DNA from: Acidimicrobiales bacterium
GTDB lineage: Bacteria > Actinomycetota > Acidimicrobiia > Acidimicrobiales > CADCSY01
Direction: 5' to 3'
Length of the DNA: 64,000 bases
Assembly (NCBI GenBank): GCA_035942035.1
Contig: DASZDK010000089.1
Span: 6,490 to 70,489 of the forward strand
The notes below the pieces were generated by a model. It saw nothing but the letters and a program-made list of their open reading frames with translations, was not told where the DNA came from and did no database searches. Position numbers and translations under genes: made by a program. Numbering within the stretch: position 1 is the stretch's first letter; the number at the start of each line of letters is the position of its first letter. Shown here one piece after another: positions 39,381 to 48,156 of the stretch.

Positions 39381-40330
39381 GCCAAAGCGGCCATCGCCGC
39401 CCGGGCCAAGGCGGCGGCCTCGTCGGGCCCGTGCATCACCGATGGCGTGACCACGCACCTCATACCTGCGGCCTCGACCTCGGGCGCCAGCGCGGCGTCG
39501 GCCTCGTCGACCACCAGGGTGCCGGCCACGTCGGCCCACAGCCGGGCCACACCCACCACCGAAGCCTCGTGACCGAGCTCGGCCATGAGGCGGGCGGCCG
39601 GGCCCTTCAGGGCGGCGCCGGCGACGATGGGGGAGACGGCGACCACCTGCCGGCGCCGGGCCCGGAGCCGGTCGCGCACCCCCGCCACGGCCAGCACCGG
39701 GGCGATCGAGACGATGGGGTTGGAGGGGGCGATCACCACGCCGTCGGCTCCGTCGAAGGCGGCGAGCACACCGGGGGCGGGGCGGGCCTGGTCGATCCCG
39801 GCGAAGCGTACCGACGAGGCGGCGACGTCGTGGCGGCGCTGGACGAAGTACTCCTGGAAGCCGATCTCGCCCTCGCCGGCGACCGTGACGCGGGTCTGCA
39901 CCGGGTCCTCGGTCATGGGCACCAGCGTCGCCTCCACGCCCCAGGCGGCAACCACCTCGGCGGTCACCACGGCCAAGCCGGCGCCCTCACCCAGCCGGGC
40001 GGTGCGGTAGAGGTGGGTGGCCAGGTCCCGGTCACCCAGGCGAAACCACGTCAGGCCGGCGGCCGACCCGCTCGGTGCCACCGCAGCGAAGCGCTCCAGG
40101 GCTTCCATGACGTGCCAGGTCTCCCCGGCCAGCCCCCACCCCGTGCGGGGATGGACGGCGCCGGCCAGGGTGTAGGTGACCGTGTCGAGGTCCGGGCAGA
40201 CGCGCAGCCCGTGCAGGGTGACGTCGTCGGCGGTGTTGACCACGGCGGTGACGGAGGTGGGCGGAGTCACCCGGACCAGGCCGGAGAGGAAGCGGGCGGC
40301 GCCCACGCCACCGGCGAGCACGGTGATCAC
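39377..40330 (-). CDS. cofD: 2-phospho-L-lactate (or EPPG) transferase for F420 biosynthesis
   Basis: GTGA overlap with the upstream GT4 stop. VLAGGVGAARFLSGL, LGDRDLATHL and APSNPIVSIAPVL. Confidence 0.9.
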   Translation of the reverse strand: MITVLAGGVGAARFLSGLVRVTPPTSVTAVVNTADDVTLHGLRVCPDLDTVTYTLAGAVHPRTGWGLAGETWHVMEALERFAAVAPSGSAAGLTWFRLGDRDLATHLYRTARLGEGAGLAVVTAEVVAAWGVEATLVPMTEDPVQTRVTVAGEGEIGFQEYFVQRRHDVAASSVRFAGIDQARPAPGVLAAFDGADGVVIAPSNPIVSIAPVLAVAGVRDRLRARRRQVVAVSPIVAGAALKGPAARLMAELGHEASVVGVARLWADVAGTLVVDEADAALAPEVEAAGMRCVVTPSVMHGPDEAAALARAAMAALA

Positions 40331-41460
40331 CGGGCGGCGCTCACGGCCCTCCGGTAGGCCTCGACGTGCCGGCGGGCGCCACGGTCCCAGCTGTACTCGG
40401 CCGCCACGCGCGGGCCCTGCTCGCGCAGCCGGTCGATCTCGCTGCCGCCGGCGAGGGCCGCTTCGGTGGCCTCGGCCAGGGCCTCGTCGTCGCCGGGCGG
40501 CACGAGCAGCGCCGCCCCCCCGGTCACGTCCTCCATGGCCGAGCCGCTGGTGGTGACCAGCGCCGCCCCGCACGCCAGCGCCTCGAGGGCGGGAAGCCCG
40601 AAGCCCTCCTCGAGGGACGGGTAGACGACCACCGCCGCCTGGCGGAACAGGGCGGGGACGACCTCGTCTGTGGTGTACCCGAGCTCGACGATGCGGTCGG
40701 CCACGTTGCTCATGGCCACGGCGGCGTGGATGGGCCCGACACCCCACCCGGGGGTGCCGGCCAGCACCAACTGGAGGTCGGGGTGGACCGGCGCCAGGTG
40801 GCCGAAGGCCCGCACCAGTGCCGGGACGTTCTTGCGGGGCTCGAGCGTGCCGGTGAACGCCAGGAACGGCGGCCGCACCCCGAGGCTGGCCAGCAGCTCG
40901 AGGTCGTGATCGGGCGGGGCGGGACGGAAGCGGTCGTGGTCGACGCCGTGAGGGATGACCTCGACGGGGGAGGTCGGAGCCAGCACAGCGTCGAGCCGAC
41001 GGGCGGTGTGCTGGCTGACGCAGACGAGGAGGTCGGCCTGCTGGGCGCTGATGCGGATCATGCGCCGGAAGTAGGCGAGCTTGGCCCGCTCGTGCCACTC
41101 GGGATGGTCGAAGAAGGTGAGGTCGTGAATGGTCACCACGGTGGGCAGGTCAGCCCGCACCGGCATGGTGTAGTGCGGCCCGTGCCACAGGTCGCCGCCC
41201 AGCCGCCGGGCCAGGGCCGGAGCCCGCGTCTGCTCCCACAGCAGTCGTGCGGGCCGGCGGGCGGGGACCTCGGCGTGGACCTCGGCGCCGGGTGCCAGCC
41301 GGCGCCAGCGGGCGGCGTCGCCGGTGGCGGCGACCAGGCCCAGCTCGATCTCGCCGGCGGCGGCCAGTGCCTCCACCGTCTGGCGCACGTAGACGCCCGC
41401 CCCGGCCGGTTGGGCGGGGATGGCGGAGACGTCGAGGGTGACCCGGAGCCGGTCGTTCAT
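40327..41460 (-). CDS. GT4 (GT-B fold) glycosyltransferase, mannosyltransferase-like
   Basis: FTGTLEPRKN and the EX7E-type motif PSLEEGFGLPALEALACG. 4-nt overlap with the upstream gene. Confidence 0.88.
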   Translation of the reverse strand: MNDRLRVTLDVSAIPAQPAGAGVYVRQTVEALAAAGEIELGLVAATGDAARWRRLAPGAEVHAEVPARRPARLLWEQTRAPALARRLGGDLWHGPHYTMPVRADLPTVVTIHDLTFFDHPEWHERAKLAYFRRMIRISAQQADLLVCVSQHTARRLDAVLAPTSPVEVIPHGVDHDRFRPAPPDHDLELLASLGVRPPFLAFTGTLEPRKNVPALVRAFGHLAPVHPDLQLVLAGTPGWGVGPIHAAVAMSNVADRIVELGYTTDEVVPALFRQAAVVVYPSLEEGFGLPALEALACGAALVTTSGSAMEDVTGGAALLVPPGDDEALAEATEAALAGGSEIDRLREQGPRVAAEYSWDRGARRHVEAYRRAVSAAR

Positions 41461-42530
41461 TCCCGCCTCGACGCCGCCGAGGCATAGGCGGCGGCGTGGG
41501 CCCGGGCGCTGGCCTCCCAGGAGAAGCCGGCGGCGCGCCGGCGTCCGGCCGCCACCATCCGCTCACGGTGGTCGGGGTCGGAGAGGATGCGCTCGAGGGC
41601 GCCGGCCAGGGCTTCGACGTCGCCCACCGGCACCAGCTCGGCGGCTCCGCCGGTCACCTCGGGCAGGCAGGCGGCGTCGGTGGTGACGACCGGGCAGCCC
41701 CTGGTCATGGCCTCCAGCACGGGCAGGCCGAAGCCCTCGTAGCGACTGGGCAGGGCAAGGGCCACGGCGGCACGGTACAGGGCGTCGAGTTGGGCGTCGT
41801 CGACCGAGCCGAGGGGTACGACGCCGGGCGCCGACAGCTCGAGCGGCGGTCCCCACCCGGCGGGTCCGGCCAGGACCAGGCCCAGGTCGGGAGCGGCGGC
41901 TCGCAGGGCGGCGTGGGCGTCGAGCAAGTCGCTTACCCCCTTGCGCGGCTCGAGGGTCCCCACGAACAGTACGAAGGGAACGTCGACCTTCAGACGCCAC
42001 AGCTGAGCGGCCGTGACGCCGGCGTCGGGGGCCGCCGGCGTCTCGACGCCGTGGTGGGCGACGTGGATCCGCTCGGGCTCGAACCCCTCGTCGGCCAGCT
42101 CCTGGCGGCCGAAGGCGGTGGGCACGACGACGACGGCCGCCTCACGCCGCGCCACCGCCAGGCCCCGCCGGTGGAAGGAGACGCCCCGGGGCGTGAGGTG
42201 CTCTGGTTGGCGGAGGAAGACCAGGTCGTGGACGGTGACCACCAGCGGTCGCCGACCGGGTGGGGGCACGGCCAGGCTGGTGGCGTGCACCACGTCGGCG
42301 GGCACGCGAAGGGCCGGACGTCGCAGCCGGTGCCATGCCTCGTAGCGAAGCGATCCTCCCGGCCGTCCCAGGTCGACGTAGGTATCGACGCCCGGAGGAC
42401 GGACGCCGGCGGCGAACGCCACCGGATCGACGCCGACGCCGGGAAGGCCGGCCAGCAGGGCGCGGACGTAGCGCCCGATGCCTCCGGGCACGGGCTGGAG
42501 CAGCTGGCCGACGTGGACGGCGACACGCAC
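41457..42530 (-). CDS. GT4 (GT-B fold) glycosyltransferase
   Basis: GTG at 42530 (VRVAVHVGQLL). VGTLEPRKG and PSRYEGFGLPVLEAMTRGCP. Confidence 0.85.
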   Translation of the reverse strand: MRVAVHVGQLLQPVPGGIGRYVRALLAGLPGVGVDPVAFAAGVRPPGVDTYVDLGRPGGSLRYEAWHRLRRPALRVPADVVHATSLAVPPPGRRPLVVTVHDLVFLRQPEHLTPRGVSFHRRGLAVARREAAVVVVPTAFGRQELADEGFEPERIHVAHHGVETPAAPDAGVTAAQLWRLKVDVPFVLFVGTLEPRKGVSDLLDAHAALRAAAPDLGLVLAGPAGWGPPLELSAPGVVPLGSVDDAQLDALYRAAVALALPSRYEGFGLPVLEAMTRGCPVVTTDAACLPEVTGGAAELVPVGDVEALAGALERILSDPDHRERMVAAGRRRAAGFSWEASARAHAAAYASAASRRE

Positions 42531-42573
42531 GGGGCCACTGTCGCACGAAGCTCGCCCGCCGCGGCAGCCGGCG

Positions 42574-43710
42574 TCACGACCGCTCGGCCGCCGCCCGCCG
42601 GTAGAGGTCGACCATGGCGCCGGCGGTGTGCTCCCAGCGGTAGGCGCCCACCCGCCGCCGGCCCGCAGCCACGCGCTGGCGGCGCACGCCGGCATCGTCC
42701 AGGAGGGCGGCCAGCGCCTGGGCGAGGGCGTCCAGGTCGCCCACGGGCACCAGCGTGGCGGCGTCACCGAGCACCTCCGGGAGCGCCCCGGCGGTGGTGG
42801 CCACCACTGGCACACCGGCGGCCATGGCCTCGAGCGGGGGGAAGCCGAAGCCCTCGTAGCGGGATGGGTAGGCGACCACGGCGGCACCTCGCAGCAACCC
42901 GGCACGGGACTCGTCGTCCACCCACCCGAGTCGCACGATCCGGTCGCCGTGGCGCGACTCGGCCATGGCCCGCCGCAGCGCGTCGGCGCCCCACCCGTCG
43001 GGGCCGGCGAGCACCAGGCGCACATCGGGCCTGGACCCGGCCACGGCGTCGAAGGCCTGCACGAGGAGGGGGAGGTCCTTCCTCGGCTCCACCGTCCCCA
43101 GCGCCAGCAGGTAGCGCTCCGCCCCGGCCAGGCGCTGCCCGAGGCCGGCATCGGCGGGGGCGACCGCCGGCACGCCGGACGGGATGGCGATCACGCGCTC
43201 GGCATCGGCCCCGAGGTGCCGGACGACTTCCGCAGCCACGAACCGCGAGGGGGTGTGGACCCATGCGCCCCGGGCGATGGCTCGTCGCACTAGTGACGGG
43301 AAGGCCAGCGTGGCGGCGTCGCACAGCTCCGGGTAGTGCACCGGCGTCAGGTCGTGCACGGTGACCACTGACGCTGCGCCGGCGGCGGGGGGCACCACGA
43401 AGTTGGTGCCGTGGACGACGTCGACCGGCCCGGTCCACCACTCGATCGGAGGCCGGTTCCCTCGTTGCCACGCCATCCGCAGCGGGCGGGCGGCCATCGG
43501 CCGGCGGCTCGTGCGCACGCCGGCCGGCACTGCGCCGGCCAGGTACTGCCGCCCCCGCCAGGTGAGCCCGTAGGCGGTCACCTCCACCTCGGGCCGATCG
43601 GCGAGGTGCTCGAGGAGGGCAGCGGTGAAGGCGCCGATCCCCGTGCGGGCGCCCAGCAACGGGGTTGCGTCGACGGCGGCCCGTAGGGGAGCCGAACGCC
43701 CGCCGGCCAC
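42574..43710 (-). CDS. GT4 (GT-B fold) glycosyltransferase
   Basis: LGTVEPRKD and PSRYEGFGFPPLEAMAAGVP. Confidence 0.85.
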   Translation of the reverse strand: MAGGRSAPLRAAVDATPLLGARTGIGAFTAALLEHLADRPEVEVTAYGLTWRGRQYLAGAVPAGVRTSRRPMAARPLRMAWQRGNRPPIEWWTGPVDVVHGTNFVVPPAAGAASVVTVHDLTPVHYPELCDAATLAFPSLVRRAIARGAWVHTPSRFVAAEVVRHLGADAERVIAIPSGVPAVAPADAGLGQRLAGAERYLLALGTVEPRKDLPLLVQAFDAVAGSRPDVRLVLAGPDGWGADALRRAMAESRHGDRIVRLGWVDDESRAGLLRGAAVVAYPSRYEGFGFPPLEAMAAGVPVVATTAGALPEVLGDAATLVPVGDLDALAQALAALLDDAGVRRQRVAAGRRRVGAYRWEHTAGAMVDLYRRAAAERS

Positions 43711-43746
43711 CTCAGTAGGACAGGTGACCGGCGCCGGCGCCGACGT

Positions 43747-44784
43747 TCAGGACAGCCACTTGAGGAGGCGGATGACCCCCATCTTCGCCGGCTGGCGATG
43801 CGCCGATACATCGGTACGGCTGTGGATCTCCTCGAAGTCGCGCGCGTACCCCTGGTAGGCCTTGACGAGCATCTCCTCGTTGGTGAGCGACGGCTTCCAC
43901 GACAGTTCTGCCTTGATCTTCGACGTGTCGAACATGAAGTCCTCGGCGATCATGCGCCAGTGGTAGGGGCCGAGGGGCGACAGCTTGAGGGCCCCCGCGA
44001 CCCGCATGGCGGTCAGAACTGGAGTTTCGGGAAGCGAGGCGACCCTCGCGCCGGTGCCGGCCTCGGCGATGACGTGCTCGTAGACCTCGCGCAGCGGTTT
44101 CACGTCGTCGGACCCGACGTTGTAGCACGTCGACCCGGACGCCCCGAGGGCGCGCACGCAGGCGTCGGCAAGATCGGGGGCGTAGACGAACTGGTAGCGG
44201 TTGTCGCCCTTGCCGACCACCCACACCCGGCGCCCCTCCCGGATGAAGTCGAAGAGGATGGCCAGCAGGCCCAGCCGGCCAGTGTCGATGATGGTCGGGC
44301 TCCGCAGGATCACGGCGTCGAAGTCGTCGGAATGCCGCTCGAGGACCCGCTCAGCGGCCCACTTCGACCTGCCGTAGATCTCGACCGGCTCCGGCTCGTC
44401 CTGCTCGACGACGGGGCGGTGGAAGCTCCTGGCCCAGAGGCAGTTGGAGGAGATGAAGACCAGCTTGGGCACGCCGTGCTTCGCCGTCAGCCGGGCCACC
44501 ACCGCGGTCCCGTCCACGTTGGAGGTCCAGAGGAAGTCCTTGTCCTTCACCGCGTGGGCCAGCATGGCGGCGCAGTGGAACACGGCGTCGAAGCGGTGTC
44601 GGGAGAAGAGCTCGTCGACCAGGCCGGCATCGCGGATGTCGCCCCGCACCGAGCGCAGCCGCGGGTGGGTCATGGGGTCGGGCTGGAGGTCGATGCTCAC
44701 GCAGTCGAAGCCGTCTTCCAGCAGCCGCCGCTTGAGCACGTCGCCGAAGAACCCCGCGCCGCCGGTCACCAGGACACAGCTCAT
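43747..44784 (-). CDS. NAD-dependent epimerase/dehydratase (extended SDR)
   Basis: Start MSCVLVTGGAGFFGDVL. YGRSK catalytic motif. About 345 aa. Visibly lower GC3 than the upstream GT4 genes. Confidence 0.85.
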   Translation of the reverse strand: MSCVLVTGGAGFFGDVLKRRLLEDGFDCVSIDLQPDPMTHPRLRSVRGDIRDAGLVDELFSRHRFDAVFHCAAMLAHAVKDKDFLWTSNVDGTAVVARLTAKHGVPKLVFISSNCLWARSFHRPVVEQDEPEPVEIYGRSKWAAERVLERHSDDFDAVILRSPTIIDTGRLGLLAILFDFIREGRRVWVVGKGDNRYQFVYAPDLADACVRALGASGSTCYNVGSDDVKPLREVYEHVIAEAGTGARVASLPETPVLTAMRVAGALKLSPLGPYHWRMIAEDFMFDTSKIKAELSWKPSLTNEEMLVKAYQGYARDFEEIHSRTDVSAHRQPAKMGVIRLLKWLS

Positions 44785-44951
44785 CTCTGAGCCCCGTACG
44801 ACGGCCACGTGCAGTTGGACGAGTTGGGAAGCCGGCCCGGCATTCGGGCATCCTATCCCTGATCTACGGGTGGGTCTCGGGCGTGGCGTTCTGCCGAGGG
44901 TTCCGTGCGCGTACCTCCGTGGTGCGCCGATGGCCGCCCCAGTCCGCGCCT

Positions 44952-46586
44952 TCAGCCTCCACCGACACGAGCGGCCCTCTCCTCGCTGGTCCCGTCGTGC
45001 CGACCGGCCGCACCGGGGCGGCCCGAGCCGCTCTCCTCTGCCGCGGCGGGGCCTGGGCGATCCGCTGGTCTGCCAGGCGACCTGAGCGCCAGCACACCGG
45101 CGACGGCAGCCGGCGGCCCCAAGGCGAGGACGGGCAGCGAATACCGGTAGTCGAAGCTGGACGCGGCTGCCGGGACCAGCCACATGAGGACGCCCGATAC
45201 GCTCAGCATGACCGCTGCACCGACGAGCCGACGAGGTGCTGACCGGAGACGGCGGACGGCCACCAGGCCCAGCAGAAGGGACAGCCCGAGGAACGGGCCA
45301 GGAGCATGGACGAGCTTCTGGTAGGCGCGTAGCGGGCGGGCGAGCCCCGGCTCGATCTCCGGTGAGATCTGCCGGTCGTGGAAGCCATGACTCGCAGGGA
45401 TGCGCGAGTACTGCACGACCTCACCCGGCCAGGTCCAGTTCCAGAGGTACGGGTCGCTGGGCGGGGTCGCCGGGTACCACGGACCGGTCGGGAACGAGGT
45501 CGGGAACTCCAGCAGCTCCGCCGGACCCTCGCGCGGTCCCGTCCTCCGCAACGGCTGCACGTAGTGCCACAGGTCGCCCGCCACGGTGCGCACGTAGTCC
45601 ACCGGCTGCGCCGCGATGGCTTTGAGGGCGAAGGACTGCGCAATGGCCTCACGGTCGGTCCCTGGGGGCATCTCCGGGTCCCGCAGTGGTGAATCCGGGT
45701 TCCATACGTACCAGTCGGAGCCCTCGCGGTCCACGGGAGCACGCGGGTCGCACAGCCGCCGCTCGTCTGGGGTGAGGTCCAGCTGCGTGCAGTCGGCGAA
45801 GGGAGATACCCGGCCGTAGAGGTAGTAGCCGTCGTAGGCCACGATCCCGTAGCTGCCGTGCAGCGAGTGGAACCATCCCACGTAGGCGAGGAGGGGCAAG
45901 GTCCACGTGGCGAGGAAGGCGACGAGGACCTTCAGGGGGACCCGACGTAGCAGCAGGTACCCGAGCGCCGGAACGAGCAGGACCACGCCGTTCGTCCTCG
46001 TCAGCGCCGTCGCAGCAAGGAGCAGGCCCGCACCTCCGGCAGCCAGCCAGCCAGGTAGCTCTCGCCACAGGAGCAGGGCGAAGGCGGCGACGAACAACGC
46101 CTGGAAGAGGGCCTCGCTCAGCACGAAGTGCTCCACTGCCACCTGGTACCCGTCGAGCACGAGCGGCGCAGCACCGGCGGCGCCGAGCCATCGTCCGGCG
46201 CCCATGCGGCGCAGCACCACGTACAGCAGCACTCCTGCACCGAGTGCCAGCAGGTGTTGTGTCAGCGGGACGACGCGGAAGTGCGGGTCTGCGATGCTCA
46301 GGATCCGCAAGAACAGGGCGTAACCGATCGGCCGGATGACGTCGGGCTGCAGGTGGTCTGCGTTGTAGAGGTAGCTGAAGGAGTCCTGGACGAACTCGAA
46401 GGCCGGCCGGTAGGCGACCATGGTGCCCAGGCGGACCAATCCGCCCACGACGAGCACGGCGATGATGGGTGCGTGGTGGTGCGCCGCACGCCACAGAAGG
46501 GCTCCGCGGCCTGGGGTGCGGCGGTCGAGCTCAGGCACGGTGCGCTTCGGGAGCGTCCTGCGACCGGTGCGAGACGGACAGGACAC
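44952..46586 (-). CDS. Polytopic membrane protein, GT-C-like glycosyltransferase candidate
   Basis: About 9 predicted TM segments followed by a large soluble/periplasmic-looking domain and one more TM. No named family is recognised with certainty. Alternative start GTG 46538 gives an 8-nt overlap with the upstream stop. Confidence 0.65.
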   Translation of the reverse strand: MSCPSRTGRRTLPKRTVPELDRRTPGRGALLWRAAHHHAPIIAVLVVGGLVRLGTMVAYRPAFEFVQDSFSYLYNADHLQPDVIRPIGYALFLRILSIADPHFRVVPLTQHLLALGAGVLLYVVLRRMGAGRWLGAAGAAPLVLDGYQVAVEHFVLSEALFQALFVAAFALLLWRELPGWLAAGGAGLLLAATALTRTNGVVLLVPALGYLLLRRVPLKVLVAFLATWTLPLLAYVGWFHSLHGSYGIVAYDGYYLYGRVSPFADCTQLDLTPDERRLCDPRAPVDREGSDWYVWNPDSPLRDPEMPPGTDREAIAQSFALKAIAAQPVDYVRTVAGDLWHYVQPLRRTGPREGPAELLEFPTSFPTGPWYPATPPSDPYLWNWTWPGEVVQYSRIPASHGFHDRQISPEIEPGLARPLRAYQKLVHAPGPFLGLSLLLGLVAVRRLRSAPRRLVGAAVMLSVSGVLMWLVPAAASSFDYRYSLPVLALGPPAAVAGVLALRSPGRPADRPGPAAAEESGSGRPGAAGRHDGTSEERAARVGGG

Positions 46587-48156
46587 CGGCCGCCACGAGC
46601 GCCGCCGCCGCTGCCAGCGCGAGCAACGCCCACGGCTGCCAGCCGCCTGGCGGAACCCACTGCGATCTCCCCATGAACATCGCTGGGCCGCTCGTCCCGA
46701 CCGCGTAACGACGGGCGTTCGCCCACAGCGCGACGACGTGCACGGTCGCCACGAGGACGGCGAGGCCCAGTGGAGCCGCTCTCCGGACCCGGGCAGGAAT
46801 GCGGAAGGACTGCCGGGTCAGGACCTCACCTGCGGCGAGCGGCACGACCACGACCAAGGCGAGCAAGTACCGACCGAACACCGGGAACCGGGTCTGCTGG
46901 AACACCAGGACGTCGAGCGCGATCCCCAGCACGGTCGTGCCGGCGAGGACGAGGGCGAGTAACCGCCGCTGCGCCGACGAGGCAACCGCGAGGGCAACCG
47001 AAACCAGCGCGACGACGGCCGCAAGCCACAGGGTCGTGGACCACGTCGGCATGGGGACGCTCGACCAGCCGAAGATGCCGACCCACTGGTGTGCCCACAC
47101 GGTCACGTCGGACGGCAGCTGCCGCAGCCCTTCCCAAGCGACGGCGAGGTCGACGCCGGGGTGCGGCTGGTAGAGCACTTCCCACGCCGCGGTGGCAAGG
47201 AGACCGGCGGCGATGACCGCCAGCGCCGGCAGAGCGCGCCGCGGCCGTGCGGCGACGGCGCGCCAGGCGCCCCGAGGACCGACCTGGTAGACGGCGATCG
47301 CCCCGGCGACGACGACCCAGGCCGGTCCTGTCGAGCGCGAGGTCGCCAGCAGCAGGCCGGCGAACGCCGCGCCGGGCCAGGCCCACCAGGGGGCCTCCCC
47401 GGGGCGGCCGCTGCGCAGGGCGATCGTCAGCAGGCAAAGACTGGCGGAGATCTCGAGACCGTTGGTACCCAAGGCAGACCCCAGGAAGAGCGCCGTCGGC
47501 GTCGCTGCGAGCAGGACTCCCGAGACCGAAAGCAGCCCGCCGCTCCGGTCCCAGGCGGCCAGGCACGCCAGTGACAGCAGTGCCGCCACCAGCACGGCAT
47601 TGACCGTCCGACCCGCGTACAGCGCCTCCCGGGCTTCGTCCATCTGCACCATGACGACGCCCGATATGGCGTATAGGTACGGCTCGTAGGTGCCGACGTA
47701 GGCGACCGCCCCCTCGACCGCCGGCGGACGGGGCCGGTCGCCGTTCAGGCAGGTCACCGGTTCGTGGTTCTCGAACAGCTGGCAGGGGTACCCCGAGGTG
47801 TACGGGTCCAGCCCCTCTGGCAGGTCGAACACGCGGGTGGCGGCGTTGATCCACGCCTCCCGGGTCTCCTTTCCGGGCCCGTCGCCGAAGGCGAGCACCG
47901 GGAGCTGTCCCGGGTCCCCCCGCCACTGCCCGGTCCCGGCGCCGATGGCCTTGACCTGGTGCACCTGCTCGTCAGGCGCGAACCCGGGCGGGTTGCTGCC
48001 CACCCACGCGAGGAGCAACAGAACGAGCGCGATGACGGCCAGCAGAGGCGCCACCGGGCGGTGCAGGAGTCGATGTCGGCGGGGGCCGGGTCGGCCGGGG
48101 CCGGGGTGCGCGTCGTCCGACGCTGGCGGGGCTCTCCGCACCGGAGCAACTGTCAC
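46531..48156 (-). CDS. DUF2142-like polytopic membrane protein
   Basis: N-terminal TM followed by FAPDEQVHQVKA (the PDE..H motif I associate with DUF2142), then more than 10 TM segments. 4-nt overlap with the upstream gene. Confidence 0.7.
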   Translation of the reverse strand: MTVAPVRRAPPASDDAHPGPGRPGPRRHRLLHRPVAPLLAVIALVLLLLAWVGSNPPGFAPDEQVHQVKAIGAGTGQWRGDPGQLPVLAFGDGPGKETREAWINAATRVFDLPEGLDPYTSGYPCQLFENHEPVTCLNGDRPRPPAVEGAVAYVGTYEPYLYAISGVVMVQMDEAREALYAGRTVNAVLVAALLSLACLAAWDRSGGLLSVSGVLLAATPTALFLGSALGTNGLEISASLCLLTIALRSGRPGEAPWWAWPGAAFAGLLLATSRSTGPAWVVVAGAIAVYQVGPRGAWRAVAARPRRALPALAVIAAGLLATAAWEVLYQPHPGVDLAVAWEGLRQLPSDVTVWAHQWVGIFGWSSVPMPTWSTTLWLAAVVALVSVALAVASSAQRRLLALVLAGTTVLGIALDVLVFQQTRFPVFGRYLLALVVVVPLAAGEVLTRQSFRIPARVRRAAPLGLAVLVATVHVVALWANARRYAVGTSGPAMFMGRSQWVPPGGWQPWALLALAAAAALVAAGVLSVSHRSQDAPEAHRA

